From Rhodosorus marinus CCMP1338 (taxonomy: Eukaryota > Plantae > Rhodophyta): a stretch of 64,000 nucleotides of DNA. The position numbers were made by a program, and so were the translations under genes. Below the pieces are notes generated by a model that worked only from the letters and a program-made list of their open reading frames with translations, was not told the DNA's origin and did no database searches. The first letter of the stretch is position 1. Every line of letters begins with the position of its first letter. The stretch spans positions 558,001 to 622,000 of the forward strand of contig JAMWBK010000010.1 in assembly GCA_029953675.1 (NCBI GenBank). The letters run 5' to 3'. Positions 37,977-49,691 of this stretch are shown in pieces.

Positions 37977-38640
37977 ATGAGAGGATGTGACATACAAGAT
38001 TACGCGTTTCGATACAGAAATCCCAACTGTTCCCAGAAGATCAAGGTTTTCTCTAGAAAATATCAGCAGGAACACGCACGAGAGGATCCGATGAATGACC
38101 TCACTCTTGCCTGGCCCTGGTGGCATCCTAGCTTCACGTGGAAGCCGACCAGGTATGAACACGTGCAATTTTGCAACGAAGATAACATGCAGGATCTGCT
38201 CCTACGGACTGAGGGGTTTACCCTTCCACCAAGCAGGCTCAGACGATCTGGCCGAGCTGGTCGAAGAGGTCACCATTTACGATTCGGAGTGCGGGGCGGG
38301 TCGAGACTCTGAACGCCTTGGCCCATGGGATCACGAGTTTGTGCTACCCGCTACCAGGAGACTTCAGAATGAAGCCAGAAGGATCCAATACGTGTGGGAC
38401 ACTTCACGTGCAAGCTCACCAGATTTGAAATTTGATATGGAAGCTCGATCAGGGCCCGTGGTCATTGTGCACATGAAGGCAGAGACGCAGGCTGAGGATG
38501 ATTGGGAAATCTCACGGTCAATTCGAGGCGGGATAGTTGGCAAAGGCAGCGTCTTACATGGTTTTGGTTCTCGTGTAGTGAGTCATTTCCTTTCAGTTCG
38601 CTGGCGTGTGAACGACGGGATCAAGGGATACCCGCTCTGA
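37977..38640 (+). CDS. Hypothetical protein or pseudogene (overlapping frames; intron or frameshift unresolved)
   Basis: ORFs 37965-38312 and 38095-38640 overlap. ATG 37977 lies inside the duplicated 65-bp segment. No domain recognised. Confidence 0.3.
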
Positions 38641-38706
38641 TACCATTTCCCACGCGTACTCGCTATCTGATGATCATTATTGTGAACTTGTCCCAGACAG
38701 TACCAT

Positions 38707-39645
38707 TTAAAACAACACATTTTCGAAGAACTTCAATCTACGGCCTCTTGGCCTTGCAGTCCTTTCTCGCGCCGGTTTTTCCTTTTGCTGGCTTATGTAG
38801 GAGAAGAAAGCGGTGTAAATTTCATCTTGTTGCGCAAGCCAGCGACCATTCCAGTGGCACGGCGCCCATTGACTAAGATTTCCACATTTACTTCCTGCGA
38901 ACACAGACGACAAAACGTCCGTACGCAATTCAGCTGCAGGTGCCCCTATGACGGCCTTCTCGTTTGCACAGCTTGGAGAGCAAAGCTTCTTTCCCACTTA
39001 CTTGAATTCCAAACCTCTTCGGGGACAGTTCGTTCTGACGTACGCGTCCACTGCGTCATCCATTTTCGGTTGGTACTTTCCCTTCACAAGTTCGCGATCT
39101 TTCTCATCTAAGATGGTCATCAGCTTTTGGAAATGGTCTGTGAGATCTACGATCGCCTTCTATGGAATTCAAGCCACGACATCAGTTCTTGGGGTCTCAT
39201 TGCAGGAAGAACCGCTCTAGTTTCTAAGAAGACAAGCGCAATATTGACGGTTCACTGGTCTCAATGTGCTTACTTTTATGTTCTGTTCGTCTTCAAGGAC
39301 ACAAGACCAATCCAAAGCATCTTTTATCGTGAGGTCGAAAATCTTTATGGTTTCGTCGAAATCTCGAACGAGCAAAACTGCCTTCGGGCCACTTAATGTG
39401 TTCTCAAAGTCGTTGAGGGTGTCCTCCTCTCCTAGTTCGTATACCTCTTCTTCCTCTACTTTCGGTGTTTCTGTCCACTTAATGAAACCCCTGCTCGGCA
39501 CAAACCTCTGCCTTCCCAGAATCTGCACCCTCCTTAAGTAAACGCAAACCCTCGTCAACAAGCTCATTCTCCAGCTCGGCACCCGCTCCCAACTCCCGTT
39601 TTTCTTAACAATTCTCGTGAAGGCTTCTATTTGTTCGTGCTCCAC
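38707..39645 (-). CDS. Hypothetical multi-exon protein
   Basis: 142-aa ORF with a donor-like AAG|GTAAG near its end and further open frames downstream. No domain recognised. Confidence 0.3.
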
Positions 39646-41151
39646 AGCATCTCTCCCTCTCTAACTTCACTCAGCAAAACACAAGCTCACAAAAACAAAC
39701 AAAACCCTCGCTTGATGTATCCCTTCCTCCAACGCCACAGCGTCTATTCTGCAACCCCACGCCCTAACGGAACCTCACAGAGAAGGTGGCGGTACCACCG
39801 AATGCAGCTTGAAGCTTCTACAATCTAAAGAATGCCAAAAGGCGGAGACAATTCTGGACCTCAACCGGCAAGCCTAATGCAGAGCAAGCCACCATATCTG
39901 GTGGCCACTGAACTCCTTCAAGAGGATGGTGAACGCCTACTACAAATGCGAAGCTCGAAAATCACTGTCTGGCCCCGGGGGGGTGGCTCTGTTAGGACTG
40001 TAGCGTGGTAGCCTCCTAACAGGATCCTTATTGTCTTCTCCGGTATCTACGGACTTGGCACGGGCCCTTCGAACACTCTTGTACTATCTTCGATCTTCAA
40101 AGAACAAAGTCTTCCCCCGCGTGGGACAGATTTTGACACGGCAACGAAACCCGGTGGGGTGGCGAAGTGGTCGCTGCTTGATGAGAACAGGGACGGGATA
40201 TGTTCTGGTTGTTTTCGCGCGGGCAAGACGAACTCGGTTTGCCATTGCCTCGCGATAAACAGGTTGACCACAGAAGGCTGTTTAGTGCGTTGGGCATAAC
40301 GTGGATGTTTGGATGGAGCTAGATGAAGAGAAAGCGGACGAGGTGGATGATCACTCCTCTACTTCGAGTCACCTCGAGGTTGAACCGTTCTCAAAGTGGA
40401 TTGAGAGGTATTGGAACGTGGAGGCCAGTGGAACGGAACTCTGGCTGCAGGGATGTCGAGAGTGTACGCTGTGCTTTACCAGATCGTCAGAACCTAGAGC
40501 ATCGACCTGCCTATTGAGCAGCGCGTGAACAATGAAGGTCATCGAGATCCCAAGAGAGTCCGGACTCTATCATTATCGTTCAGATTTAGCGCGAGCTAGG
40601 TGACCGGAGGACACGCCAGCAGGCCTAAAGAGTTGTTTTTTGTTCTCTGGCGATTGTTTACAGCTGAATTCCATGCTACTCGGAAGACGCCAAGGAGAAA
40701 CTCGCCATGAAGTGACCAACCGAAGCTCCGAAGGCTCTCAGAGCAAAGCAGTGGAAAAAAAAAAGTGGCAAGGGGCAAAGGAATGACAAGCTACTTTTTT
40801 CAACCCGTGAATGGCGCGCGCAGCGAGCATCGACCTGGATCCTTCGCTTTCTAGATGCTCTGGTCAACGAACAGCAAATAGTTCCACTTCGCTTCTTAGC
40901 GAGCTTGCTAATATGCAGCTCAACAAGCTTGTTCATCTCCCTGTCCCAATCAATGACCTAGTGAAATCCTAGCGTTGACGGATCCTTGCAACTTTCAGGA
41001 CGACCTCAGAATACAGGTTCATTCTACGTTGCTGCATCCGCCTAGGGCCATATGCAAATGACCAAATCTCCCTGGCGGTTCATGCAAACCAATTGTCTCT
41101 GAACGGCAAGGGTTCTAGATCCTCTTCATCCAAACCCCTGGGACGGTCTTC

Positions 41152-42317
41152 TTATGCCGGCTTCTTCAACATGAGATACTCTTCTTGTCCGATCATAACC
41201 ACTCTAATGTGCTCCCTCAGCATTTCAATGTCCGCCACCGTAAACCAGTCAGGTCTGTTCACATCTTTCTTTTCTTGGAGTGCCTTCGGCGTGTCTTGGA
41301 GGAAGGAAATGATATACTGGAGAATGTAGAGCCCACAGTCGAACTCGTTGCTCTGAGATGGAACTCTTGGTATCCACGCAGTCATCCTGGAGAAGTCTGG
41401 AGCCGTGAAATCCGGTTTGCCAGCGAATTTGCTCTCATATTCCTCTGCCAAATACGCCTTCAACGCGACGGCATAAGACGACGCTACTGGACTAGTCCTC
41501 AGGGAGTCGTAGATCAACATCATTGGCCTATCTTCTGGATTGTTCTGGTCCTTCTTCCACCCGGGAAGCTTTCCACAGTTGCAGATAACGATCAACGTCC
41601 AGTGAGAGTTTCTGCATATTGGAACGAAAATGTATTTTTTGGTGAACAAGTCCACCTCTTGTGTCCATCGTTTCACGTTCTTGTGGTGGATGACCTGTGG
41701 CACAATATGCAGACCATTCAGTCCTTTTCCAGAGTATGGGGAGAGGTTGGTTGTTGTTGGATAGGTCTAAGAGTTGGGTGGCGACTTACCTTTGGCGACG
41801 TGAACAACAAGTTGAAGAAAAAGCTGTTGAAAAAGTAGCACTGATCTCTGAGCGACGGCGGCGTCGCGAACATTTCAATAAATTTAATATAAAAGTCGAT
41901 AACACTGTCGTTTAAATACTTCTCTGGCGCAAGGCGGTCGCGGTCCGCGGCAGTGAGTTTGATGGATCCTTTTTTCGAAGGAGGGAACTCGAACAAAACT
42001 CGGCTATCCTCAGAGGCCACTTCACCATCCGCAACGGACCCATCAGGCCCGATCTCTTTCCCTTCAACCAGCACGTCCTCTATCAAGTCAATAACAACAT
42101 CCTCCACCCTTTCTCCCGTCTTCTCCTCATCTAGTTCTATCAAACCATCCTTGACATGTTCAACGCTCGTGTTGTTCACGTCCTTGCTCATCCTACCACT
42201 TCCATTCTCGTACTTGTCCACGTCCACAATTCCGTCATTCAAGCGCTTCCTCTTCCTCCATGACTGCCGTCCCACTTCTTCAGAACCAGCACCAGAAGGA
42301 GAGTGGTCTCCAGACAT
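41152..42317 (-). CDS. ULP/SENP SUMO protease (peptidase C48, Ulp2/SENP6-7-like)
   Basis: YLNDSVIDFY, YFFNSFFF, VKRWT..VDLF.KKYIFVPI, SHWTL (His), YDSL (Asp), PSQSNEFDCG (Gln, Cys). Intron 41695-41789 joins the two ORFs in frame. Upstream exons are possible. Confidence 0.92.
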
Positions 42318-43806
42318 CGCTTGTTAAGGCCAGCTCGCCTTCCCCATATTCACGAAACTTTAGCCCTCTCTCAAACCCGTTTTCTTCTTCAACACAAGAT
42401 AAGCAACGAGACTCTCTCCGCTGCTTCAAAAGTTAATCAGATGCTGCAAGAAGCTGCCGAGGATGGATTCTCGGTTCCAACTGTTGTCCTTTCCTTTCCT
42501 TCAAAGGACAAGCTTCTCAAGCCTAAAAGAGGAAATCGTTGATACATACATGCCTTCTCCTGGAGAGCTGCAACTTCGAAGCTAGGTCCACATGCAACTG
42601 GCAAAATGGTTTGGCTTCGCCTCTGTGGACACATTCAGTCCGAAGGTGACCAATTGCCTCAAACAGGACAGGGGAGCTCGCCGAGCTCGGTTCTCATCTT
42701 GTACATGCGATCGAGAACCTTGCCCACCGCTTGCTTGCTGGAAGCGGCCCAGAGTCGTTGTACGATGTTCCCTGTCATCGTGAAGGGGGCTGAAGATCAT
42801 CTCAAGAAGGAACATTGTACTTCTCGCTACTCGCCTTGGCTCAGCTGAAACCTATCCGTTAAGCACTGTCCTCGATCTGGATTCAAAACGAACGACGAAC
42901 GGGGGTTTTCGCATGGCTCCTATGGTGACGAAGGCCCATATCCGGTTCAGAATCGCTAAGGGTAAGCTTGCTTTGCCGGGTTGGCCTGCACGTTTGCGGC
43001 CAGTCGGGACACTGCGAACCTCGTTTTCCATGTGTTTTTGCCATGCCGTCCATCGGCAACCACTGAAAGCAAATCGGTCTGATGGGCTTTCACGTCCTAA
43101 AAACTTGAGGATGCTGCCAGCATGTTATCAAAGTGCGTCTTTTGAATAGCTGGGGAACATGCAAGCGCCTCTTCTTGAAGACGGACTGTCGTCCCACACG
43201 CTTCCCATCCTCAGCATTCCTTGTCCGGGGCTTCTTCAGACCTTACGATGGGCAGTCGGAGGCGGGGGGGGGTGCGGGGGTGGGTCCGCCCTTTGGGGGG
43301 CGGAAGGAATCCAAACCACCTCCTTCACTATGAGCAGATTGGCAGCGTTTCTTGGGAGCACTGACTAGCCATCCAGACGTCTCTGTGGAGAACTAAAGGT
43401 GCTGCCTCAGAAGATCCTCCCGCAAAATACAAACCTGAAGCAGGTTCATCAGAAAACTTAGTCCACAATTTCCCGCGAAAATTGATTTTCGGCCAAACGT
43501 TTTTGCGGATGCATAAAATTATGATTGATTTTTTTCCCTCAAAATTTCCCGAAAATAAAAACAAAAAGAGTCATGCTCTTTTTGCGGATGCATGGCTACT
43601 TGGTATCATTCTCATTTTGGTATATTTCTATTATTTTATGATAGTGCTGGAAAATCAGGAAAAGGGATGTTGAGCTTTTGGCTTAATGAGGGGGATGGTC
43701 TTGATCGTATCAGCAGGGATGGGGGGGGGTTCGGGACGATGTAAGGGTAGTGAGCGGGTCCTTGATGACTGGGCAGTCAGAATTATCTTAGCTCTAGAAG
43801 AAGCGA

Positions 43807-44956
43807 ATGGGCTCTACAATGGAGGAGCATGAAGTTCGGTACTCGATGGGATTCGATCCGAGAGAGTATCGATTGGTTGAGCTTCCTGAAGGATTGACTG
43901 ACGACGAGGCTTGGGTTGATGGCGCGTGGATGAAGGGAGGTGTCGGTCAGGAGGCGCTGTTGTGCACACGGAAGAGGACATATGCGGTGAATTTTTTGGA
44001 GTCTTCGAATACTCAGATGTTGCTCGACGACCAGCATCGAAACGCGAAGGGGTATGAGATGGTTGGGGACCTCAAAGGAAGGGTGGTGCTCTACGAAACG
44101 AATCCGCGGATTGATCAGTTGAGGGACTTACTGAAGATGTACAAGTTTTCTGAGCTTAGTGAACCTTCCGAATTGAAAGGAATTACTTTCGAAGAGCTAG
44201 TAGAGGCGGTAAGCTTGGAGCTTCAGATTTGCAGAACACTTTGACTTGTAAGGTCTGCTGACAAAGCAAGGTTCCTTTGATCGACAGGTGCAAGCTAGCG
44301 AATCTGAAATTAAACAGGGCCTTGACGAACTCCACGCACTAAAATATGGCGGGTCCTGGTTCAGCGTGGACGAGAACGACGAGGACCAGATTCTGTCAAT
44401 TGTTGGTGATACATTGTCAATTCTTGACATTAGGCAGAACAACTTCAACCCCGTTGAGTTGAAAGCTAAACTTCCGGAAGAATTCAACGAAGTGCTCGTT
44501 GATCATTGCCTTAACAAGTTCTTCGAAGTGTGTGCATCTGGTGAATCTCGTGCAAGACGCGACCGAATACGATCCTTCTATGCTGAGAAAGTGCTCCGAG
44601 CAAGAGGAGGAAGCATGGGCTATGAATCATTCTTAGGAGCATGGGTTGAAGCAATCCCCGAGAATTTTCTGGAGGAAGATCCTAAGGTGAGTTCCTTGGC
44701 TGGTACTGCTATTGAAGACTCCGAAAAGGACTCCAGCCGCAGAGTGGTTAGACTTGTTTCGAAATCCGACCTGCCCTCTGAGTCAAGCCAGCGTATGAAG
44801 AAGCTCTTCTCAATCAAAGCACTGTGGTCAAAGGAGGAACTGGAGCCCTATTTTGACAGCGACGTAGAGTCACTGCTGGTCAAGCACGCGAAAGTTGTGA
44901 GGACTATTCTCGATGACGGTACCACTTTCAAGAGGTATCGACGTCGGCATACCTAA
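43807..44956 (+). CDS. DSCC1: Sister chromatid cohesion protein DCC1; exons 43807-44208 and 44288-44956
   Basis: YRLVELP, EALLCT.KRTYAV...ESSNTQML, LP.ESSQRMKKLFSIKALWSKEELEPY. Intron GT44209..AG44287 is in frame. Confidence 0.9.
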
Positions 44957-46315
44957 GCTTGACTGTACTTCCTCCTTCCAAAACGGGTTGTACGTTACTC
45001 CCCCTCCAGGCAATAGCATAACTGACTGAGTCGGGTTCGTGAACCCCGACCTAACACTAAACCAATTACTACGCAGTTGTCCAGGTTTTGGACTCCATAC
45101 TTCTACACTGAGGACCGAATTGCCATTCTCGCATGGCAATTCCGTCCTCAACATGCTACCACCTGGCAGTGAAGCCTTGCCAAACACATCACAAACTGGA
45201 TTCAGATGCCAGCCATCAACCACTTCGATGCCGCTTCTTACTCACCATTGCAACAGGGGCGTCACTTTGTTCCTCCAAGAATCACTTGTTTTCCTCTGCT
45301 CTTGACACCAAAACGGTATTGGATCCTTTCAGGCCTGTTGGATGACAATATCGGATAGCATCGAGCACAAATTCCTCTTCCTAAGGCAGCTATGAAGCCC
45401 CCATCCCAAGCCCAGTTCATTCCCACAAAATCAGCCACAGTTATGAAAAAGCAACCCTCCCAAAATAAACACATCTAATCAATAAAACATTACCGGAACC
45501 GAGAAAGTTATGAAAAGTATTCAAATTCAAATTAATATTTTCATATATATAATTACTAAAATAAGTAAACATGTTTTAGCCAATCATAATTTGTGAATAT
45601 GACACGTATTAGTTTTTAACAGGATAAAGATCTTGTTATCTTATTTTATTTCTAAAATAGATTTTATCATCCCAATTCTTTCTAAACCCCCGACAAAGCA
45701 GGATGGCTGTTGGTCTCCTGAAATATATTTTAGTAATACTCATATTGAAATACTTCTTTTTCGAACTATTTTAACTCTCTTTTTCATTTTTTCTCTGTAG
45801 TTGTTTTTAATATAGTTATCTCTAGCAGAAGTTATGAGAGCTGAATATATATTGCATAATATACGTCTGTTAAAAATAGTGCAATTTTTGTTGAGTTTGT
45901 ATGGTGTATTTATGTTCTTATAAGATATATAGTTTAAATAAAGGTATCTATGTAAATATTTTCCTTAGCCCTGTTCACAAGTTTCGTCTTATTGATGGTG
46001 GGAGGGTTTGGGGTTGGGGAAGGGAGGGGGTTGGGAGTGGGGAGTGGGAAGGTTGGAAGGGTGAACTTGAGGCTATGAGGTGTAATTTCTTGCTTCTGAG
46101 ACTGATTCAAAAGGTTTTGGAAGAGTAGTCGTAAACGAGGAAGTCTCGAGGCTAAGTTATAGTGAGTGTTTCTAGTGGGGATTCCGGTTGTGTTTTTCGT
46201 TTCGCTCTTGTTTAGAGTGCAGGTTGACGAGGTTTGTGTTTGTTTCTTCTCATTTTTTCTTATTAGAGGGCGGAAATGTTGTGGTTGGGTACAGATTAGC
46301 GCAGTTTCTTAGATC

Positions 46316-48388
46316 ATGGACGATTATTATGATGACCGCCACCATGATCGCGGTGGAGGTCCACCACCTCGCGACTACCCAGATGATCGCAGAGGTCCTC
46401 CGCCAGGTCCTCCTCCTCCGAACAACCAGGGCATGGCTACTGCCCCAACGGATACGTCCTTGTTTTCCAAAAAGTTTCGAGATGGGTGGAAGAAAGCGTT
46501 CGCTTCGAAGCAGGATCTGTGGAAGGTCGCGGTTTTGAACGCCACTGGGAGGGATACCAGTGCTCTGGATCAGCAGATTGTCTCGAATATACTGGAAGGA
46601 ATAAATAACGGCGGGGATGAAATAGAGAACAGGCAGAGTTCGGTCGGGGCTATCGTACATCACCTCGAGAAGCGCCTCAGAGAACCAGATTGGATAGCTG
46701 CTTTTAAGTCCCAATCTGTATTCCACTATGTGTTCCGACAAACCCATAATTACGGCTTCGTCACGGCCATCTCTAGGTCAAAGCGATCGATGGTCGATGC
46801 GAGCAATTTCAGCGATCTCAACCCCAGTGCAGCTGCTAACGTAAAGACAGTGAAAACCTATGGTGCGTACCTGACGGAGCTGTGCTTCATGAAGGCGGAG
46901 ATTGATTTCCCTCCCACAAGGTTTGAGAACTCCCGCCCCGAAGACGAAGGGAAACTGCACCTAAAGTATCGGCAGGATAGGCTGGGGGACGTGCTCAGGG
47001 ATTTTCCGTTCATAATGCAAGCCTTGGAGGCCTTGCTGCAGATTGACTTGAAAGTTCTGCCAATGACTCAGGCAGCGAGAAACCAGTTAGGGAGGGATTT
47101 CGCTCTTTTCTGGAAATGCGCGCAGGAATGTGCGGAAACGATTACGGACTTGTTCTTCACGATTGACCCGAGACAGCAAAAAACCGAATGCACAGGAGCT
47201 AAGAACATGTTCACGCGATTTGTGTCTGAGTACCCTAGGATTCTGGGCGACGCGAGGCAACGAATGTCGGGAATTCCAGAGATTGAATTGCCTCGCATGG
47301 GAGAACCACCCTTCGATCTTTTGGATGACATGGAGGCATACGTGCGAGACGGTCCATCAAGAATGCTCGGAACCGTTGGAAACTACGGGGGCAGTCTTGG
47401 ACCGGTCGGTATCGGACAAGCGGGCGGGCGCGGCCCTGGGGGTGGGCCGGTCTTGGACAGTGCTTTCTTCTTGCTCGATGATTTCTCCGAGGGAGCCACG
47501 CAGAGTTCAGCGGACGATGCCGCGTTCAACCCATTTGCAGCCGAGGCGCAGGCAGAGGAAACGGCGAAGAAGACCTCTGAAACGAAGGAGGAACGCAAGG
47601 CGAGGAGGAGGAGAGAAAAAGAAGAAGCCGCTGCCCTTGAGAAGCTAAAAGAGCAAGCTGCGTTGCCATACGCCGGCGGGGAAGCTGGGGCAGCACGGGG
47701 AACGTCAGAGTACGAAAAGTTCAGCGACCCTTCCTTCGATCCGTTCACGCAGCCTAGCGCACAGCAGGCATCCAAATCAGCTATTGGGTCCAATGCCGCA
47801 GCTGCCTACCAAACACAGATTGTACAGCAACAGCAGCAGCAAGTCGCCCTTAAACGGAGACAACTGGCACAGCAGCAACTTGCTCTTCGGCAAAGACAGC
47901 AGCAGGCGCAGGTCGCCCTGATTAGGAGACAGCAGGAGGTAGCACTCGTCAAGCAGAGACAGCTGAAGGCGCTGCAGCAACAGCAGCAGCAACAGCATTC
48001 GCAGCAGAAACAAGTCCAGGCCGGGCAAATTTCGCAACAACTGGCGGTGACGCAACGTCAAGCCGCCGCTCAACAACAGACAGCAGCGCAGGGGCAAACG
48101 ACCGCTCCACAGGCGTTGGCCCAAAGACAGGCCGCAGTGCAACAGCAGGCAGTATTGCGGCAACAAGCGGCACAGCAACAAGCAGCAGCTCGACAACAGC
48201 AAGTGGCGCAACAGCAGGCCGCAGCGCGACAACAGCAAGTGACGCAACAGCAGGTCGCAGCGCGACAACAGCAAGCCTCACAACAACAGCTATCCGCTCA
48301 GCAGCAGATGATCAGAGCGCAGCAGGAGCAACAGCGACAGGCTCTCCTCCTGCAGCAGCAGCAGGCGCAGCAGCGCTATGCTCGCTGA
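46316..48388 (+). CDS. ANTH-domain (AP180/CALM-like) clathrin adaptor with a Q/A-rich tail
   Basis: VAVLNAT, HHLEKRL..PDWIAAFKSQSVFHYVF and VKTYGAYL fit an ANTH fold. FNPF and FDPF motifs are present, followed by about 200 aa of poly-Q/A. Confidence 0.75.
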   Translation: MDDYYDDRHHDRGGGPPPRDYPDDRRGPPPGPPPPNNQGMATAPTDTSLFSKKFRDGWKKAFASKQDLWKVAVLNATGRDTSALDQQIVSNILEGINNGGDEIENRQSSVGAIVHHLEKRLREPDWIAAFKSQSVFHYVFRQTHNYGFVTAISRSKRSMVDASNFSDLNPSAAANVKTVKTYGAYLTELCFMKAEIDFPPTRFENSRPEDEGKLHLKYRQDRLGDVLRDFPFIMQALEALLQIDLKVLPMTQAARNQLGRDFALFWKCAQECAETITDLFFTIDPRQQKTECTGAKNMFTRFVSEYPRILGDARQRMSGIPEIELPRMGEPPFDLLDDMEAYVRDGPSRMLGTVGNYGGSLGPVGIGQAGGRGPGGGPVLDSAFFLLDDFSEGATQSSADDAAFNPFAAEAQAEETAKKTSETKEERKARRRREKEEAAALEKLKEQAALPYAGGEAGAARGTSEYEKFSDPSFDPFTQPSAQQASKSAIGSNAAAAYQTQIVQQQQQQVALKRRQLAQQQLALRQRQQQAQVALIRRQQEVALVKQRQLKALQQQQQQQHSQQKQVQAGQISQQLAVTQRQAAAQQQTAAQGQTTAPQALAQRQAAVQQQAVLRQQAAQQQAAARQQQVAQQQAAARQQQVTQQQVAARQQQASQQQLSAQQQMIRAQQEQQRQALLLQQQQAQQRYAR

Positions 48389-49691
48389 GATTCGTGGCGA
48401 ACTCGCTGCGCTACACTCTGGTTCCGAAGTTGAGAACTGAAACGTGTCCATAAGGTTCTAACACCAGCTGTCTAACTAGGAAGCGAATACGTGATCCTCT
48501 GCGCCCGTGAAGTCGATAGATTGACCAGCGAAAGAGATGTAAATGATGAAAAGCGGTTTGCGAGAGAAAAGAAGCCAGTTCAGAAGCTATGTAAAAACAC
48601 GTTTGCACATCACTTGCCCGTCCCTTTTCGAGCCCCGACCCGAGTAAGACCAAGCAGGCCACGCGAAACAGGCAGTCTTCAGTGTTGCGCGAGTTCTTGG
48701 TTCCCGTTCATGAGCCATGCATAGCATGAACACGTAGACGAGCACGCGGAACTATTCTCCGACGCTCGTATTAAGTTCCCTGCCTAGAACGTACTTCCGT
48801 TTTGTTTGCCTTCGGGTTCGTCAGTGGGTGAGGAAGAGTTTTTGATGGTGGCCGCCCATGAAGACAGAGAGTCCGTGAGAATTTACGACGTGCCCCTTTG
48901 TGAATGGACTCTGTGGCACTTTCCTAATATCAATCCGGGCAAATAGAAGAGAAGTAGTCCCCACACGACCTCATCCATTCCAATACTAGTTGCCACAAGC
49001 GCGACATAGCCTTGTTCTACGTTCGGTGGTCACAATAGGACGACCACGTGGACTCAACATCCTCACCAGGCGGCCTGTGAGGATGTGAGGCTACTAAGTT
49101 GTCTGTGCTGACACTCAGCAGCTCCATAACTTGGTTACCAATTGCTCCGACAAGGAAACAAAACAGTTCAAAACATAACATGATGCAGTGATTTTCGATA
49201 CGGTGGAAGCCGCAGACCAGCGTCCAGGTCAGAGATTCCCACAGGACTGATCCGAACACACATTACTATCTACCTGCATAACTATCACCATCGATAGAGA
49301 AGGGACCAGTATCTTCCCAAGCAGTGAAGTGAGAGAAGGGAACTTCCTGGCTGCGGGTCAATGTACAACTCTTAGCCGAGGCAGGTTCTGAAGGTCAAGA
49401 TGGTTTCGTAGCCACTTCACGGAAACCGCAAGGCCACCATGAACGAGGGTACGAGCTAAGGAGCTCGAGCTTCTGGCTTTTGCCCTCCCTATCCGCCTCT
49501 CATGGTCAGGCTTGGTCTTCTTTAGAGCTGGACTTAGGGGACGCTTTTGAGGAGTACCCAGGACAGGTTTTGTCGTGGTGTGGTCGCCTTCTTCGAGCTC
49601 GAAAGCTGTGGAGGAGGCTTCAGAGAGGCGTTACGTGGTTTCGTTCCACTGATTTCATTGCAGGGGACTCTGCAGCTTTTCGAAAAGCGCT

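Larger units (their letters stand above)
33773..38014 (+). repeat. Dispersed direct repeat of 65 bp at 33773-33837 and 37950-38014
   Basis: AATCAGAAGAGTTGATTGCTTGAAGCAATGAGAGGATGT is identical over 39 nt; 62/65 match overall. Confidence 0.9.

Noticed and set aside
47800-48380. CAG-rich repeats as a satellite or mobile element
   Set aside because: They are the in-frame poly-Q/A coding tail of the ANTH protein.
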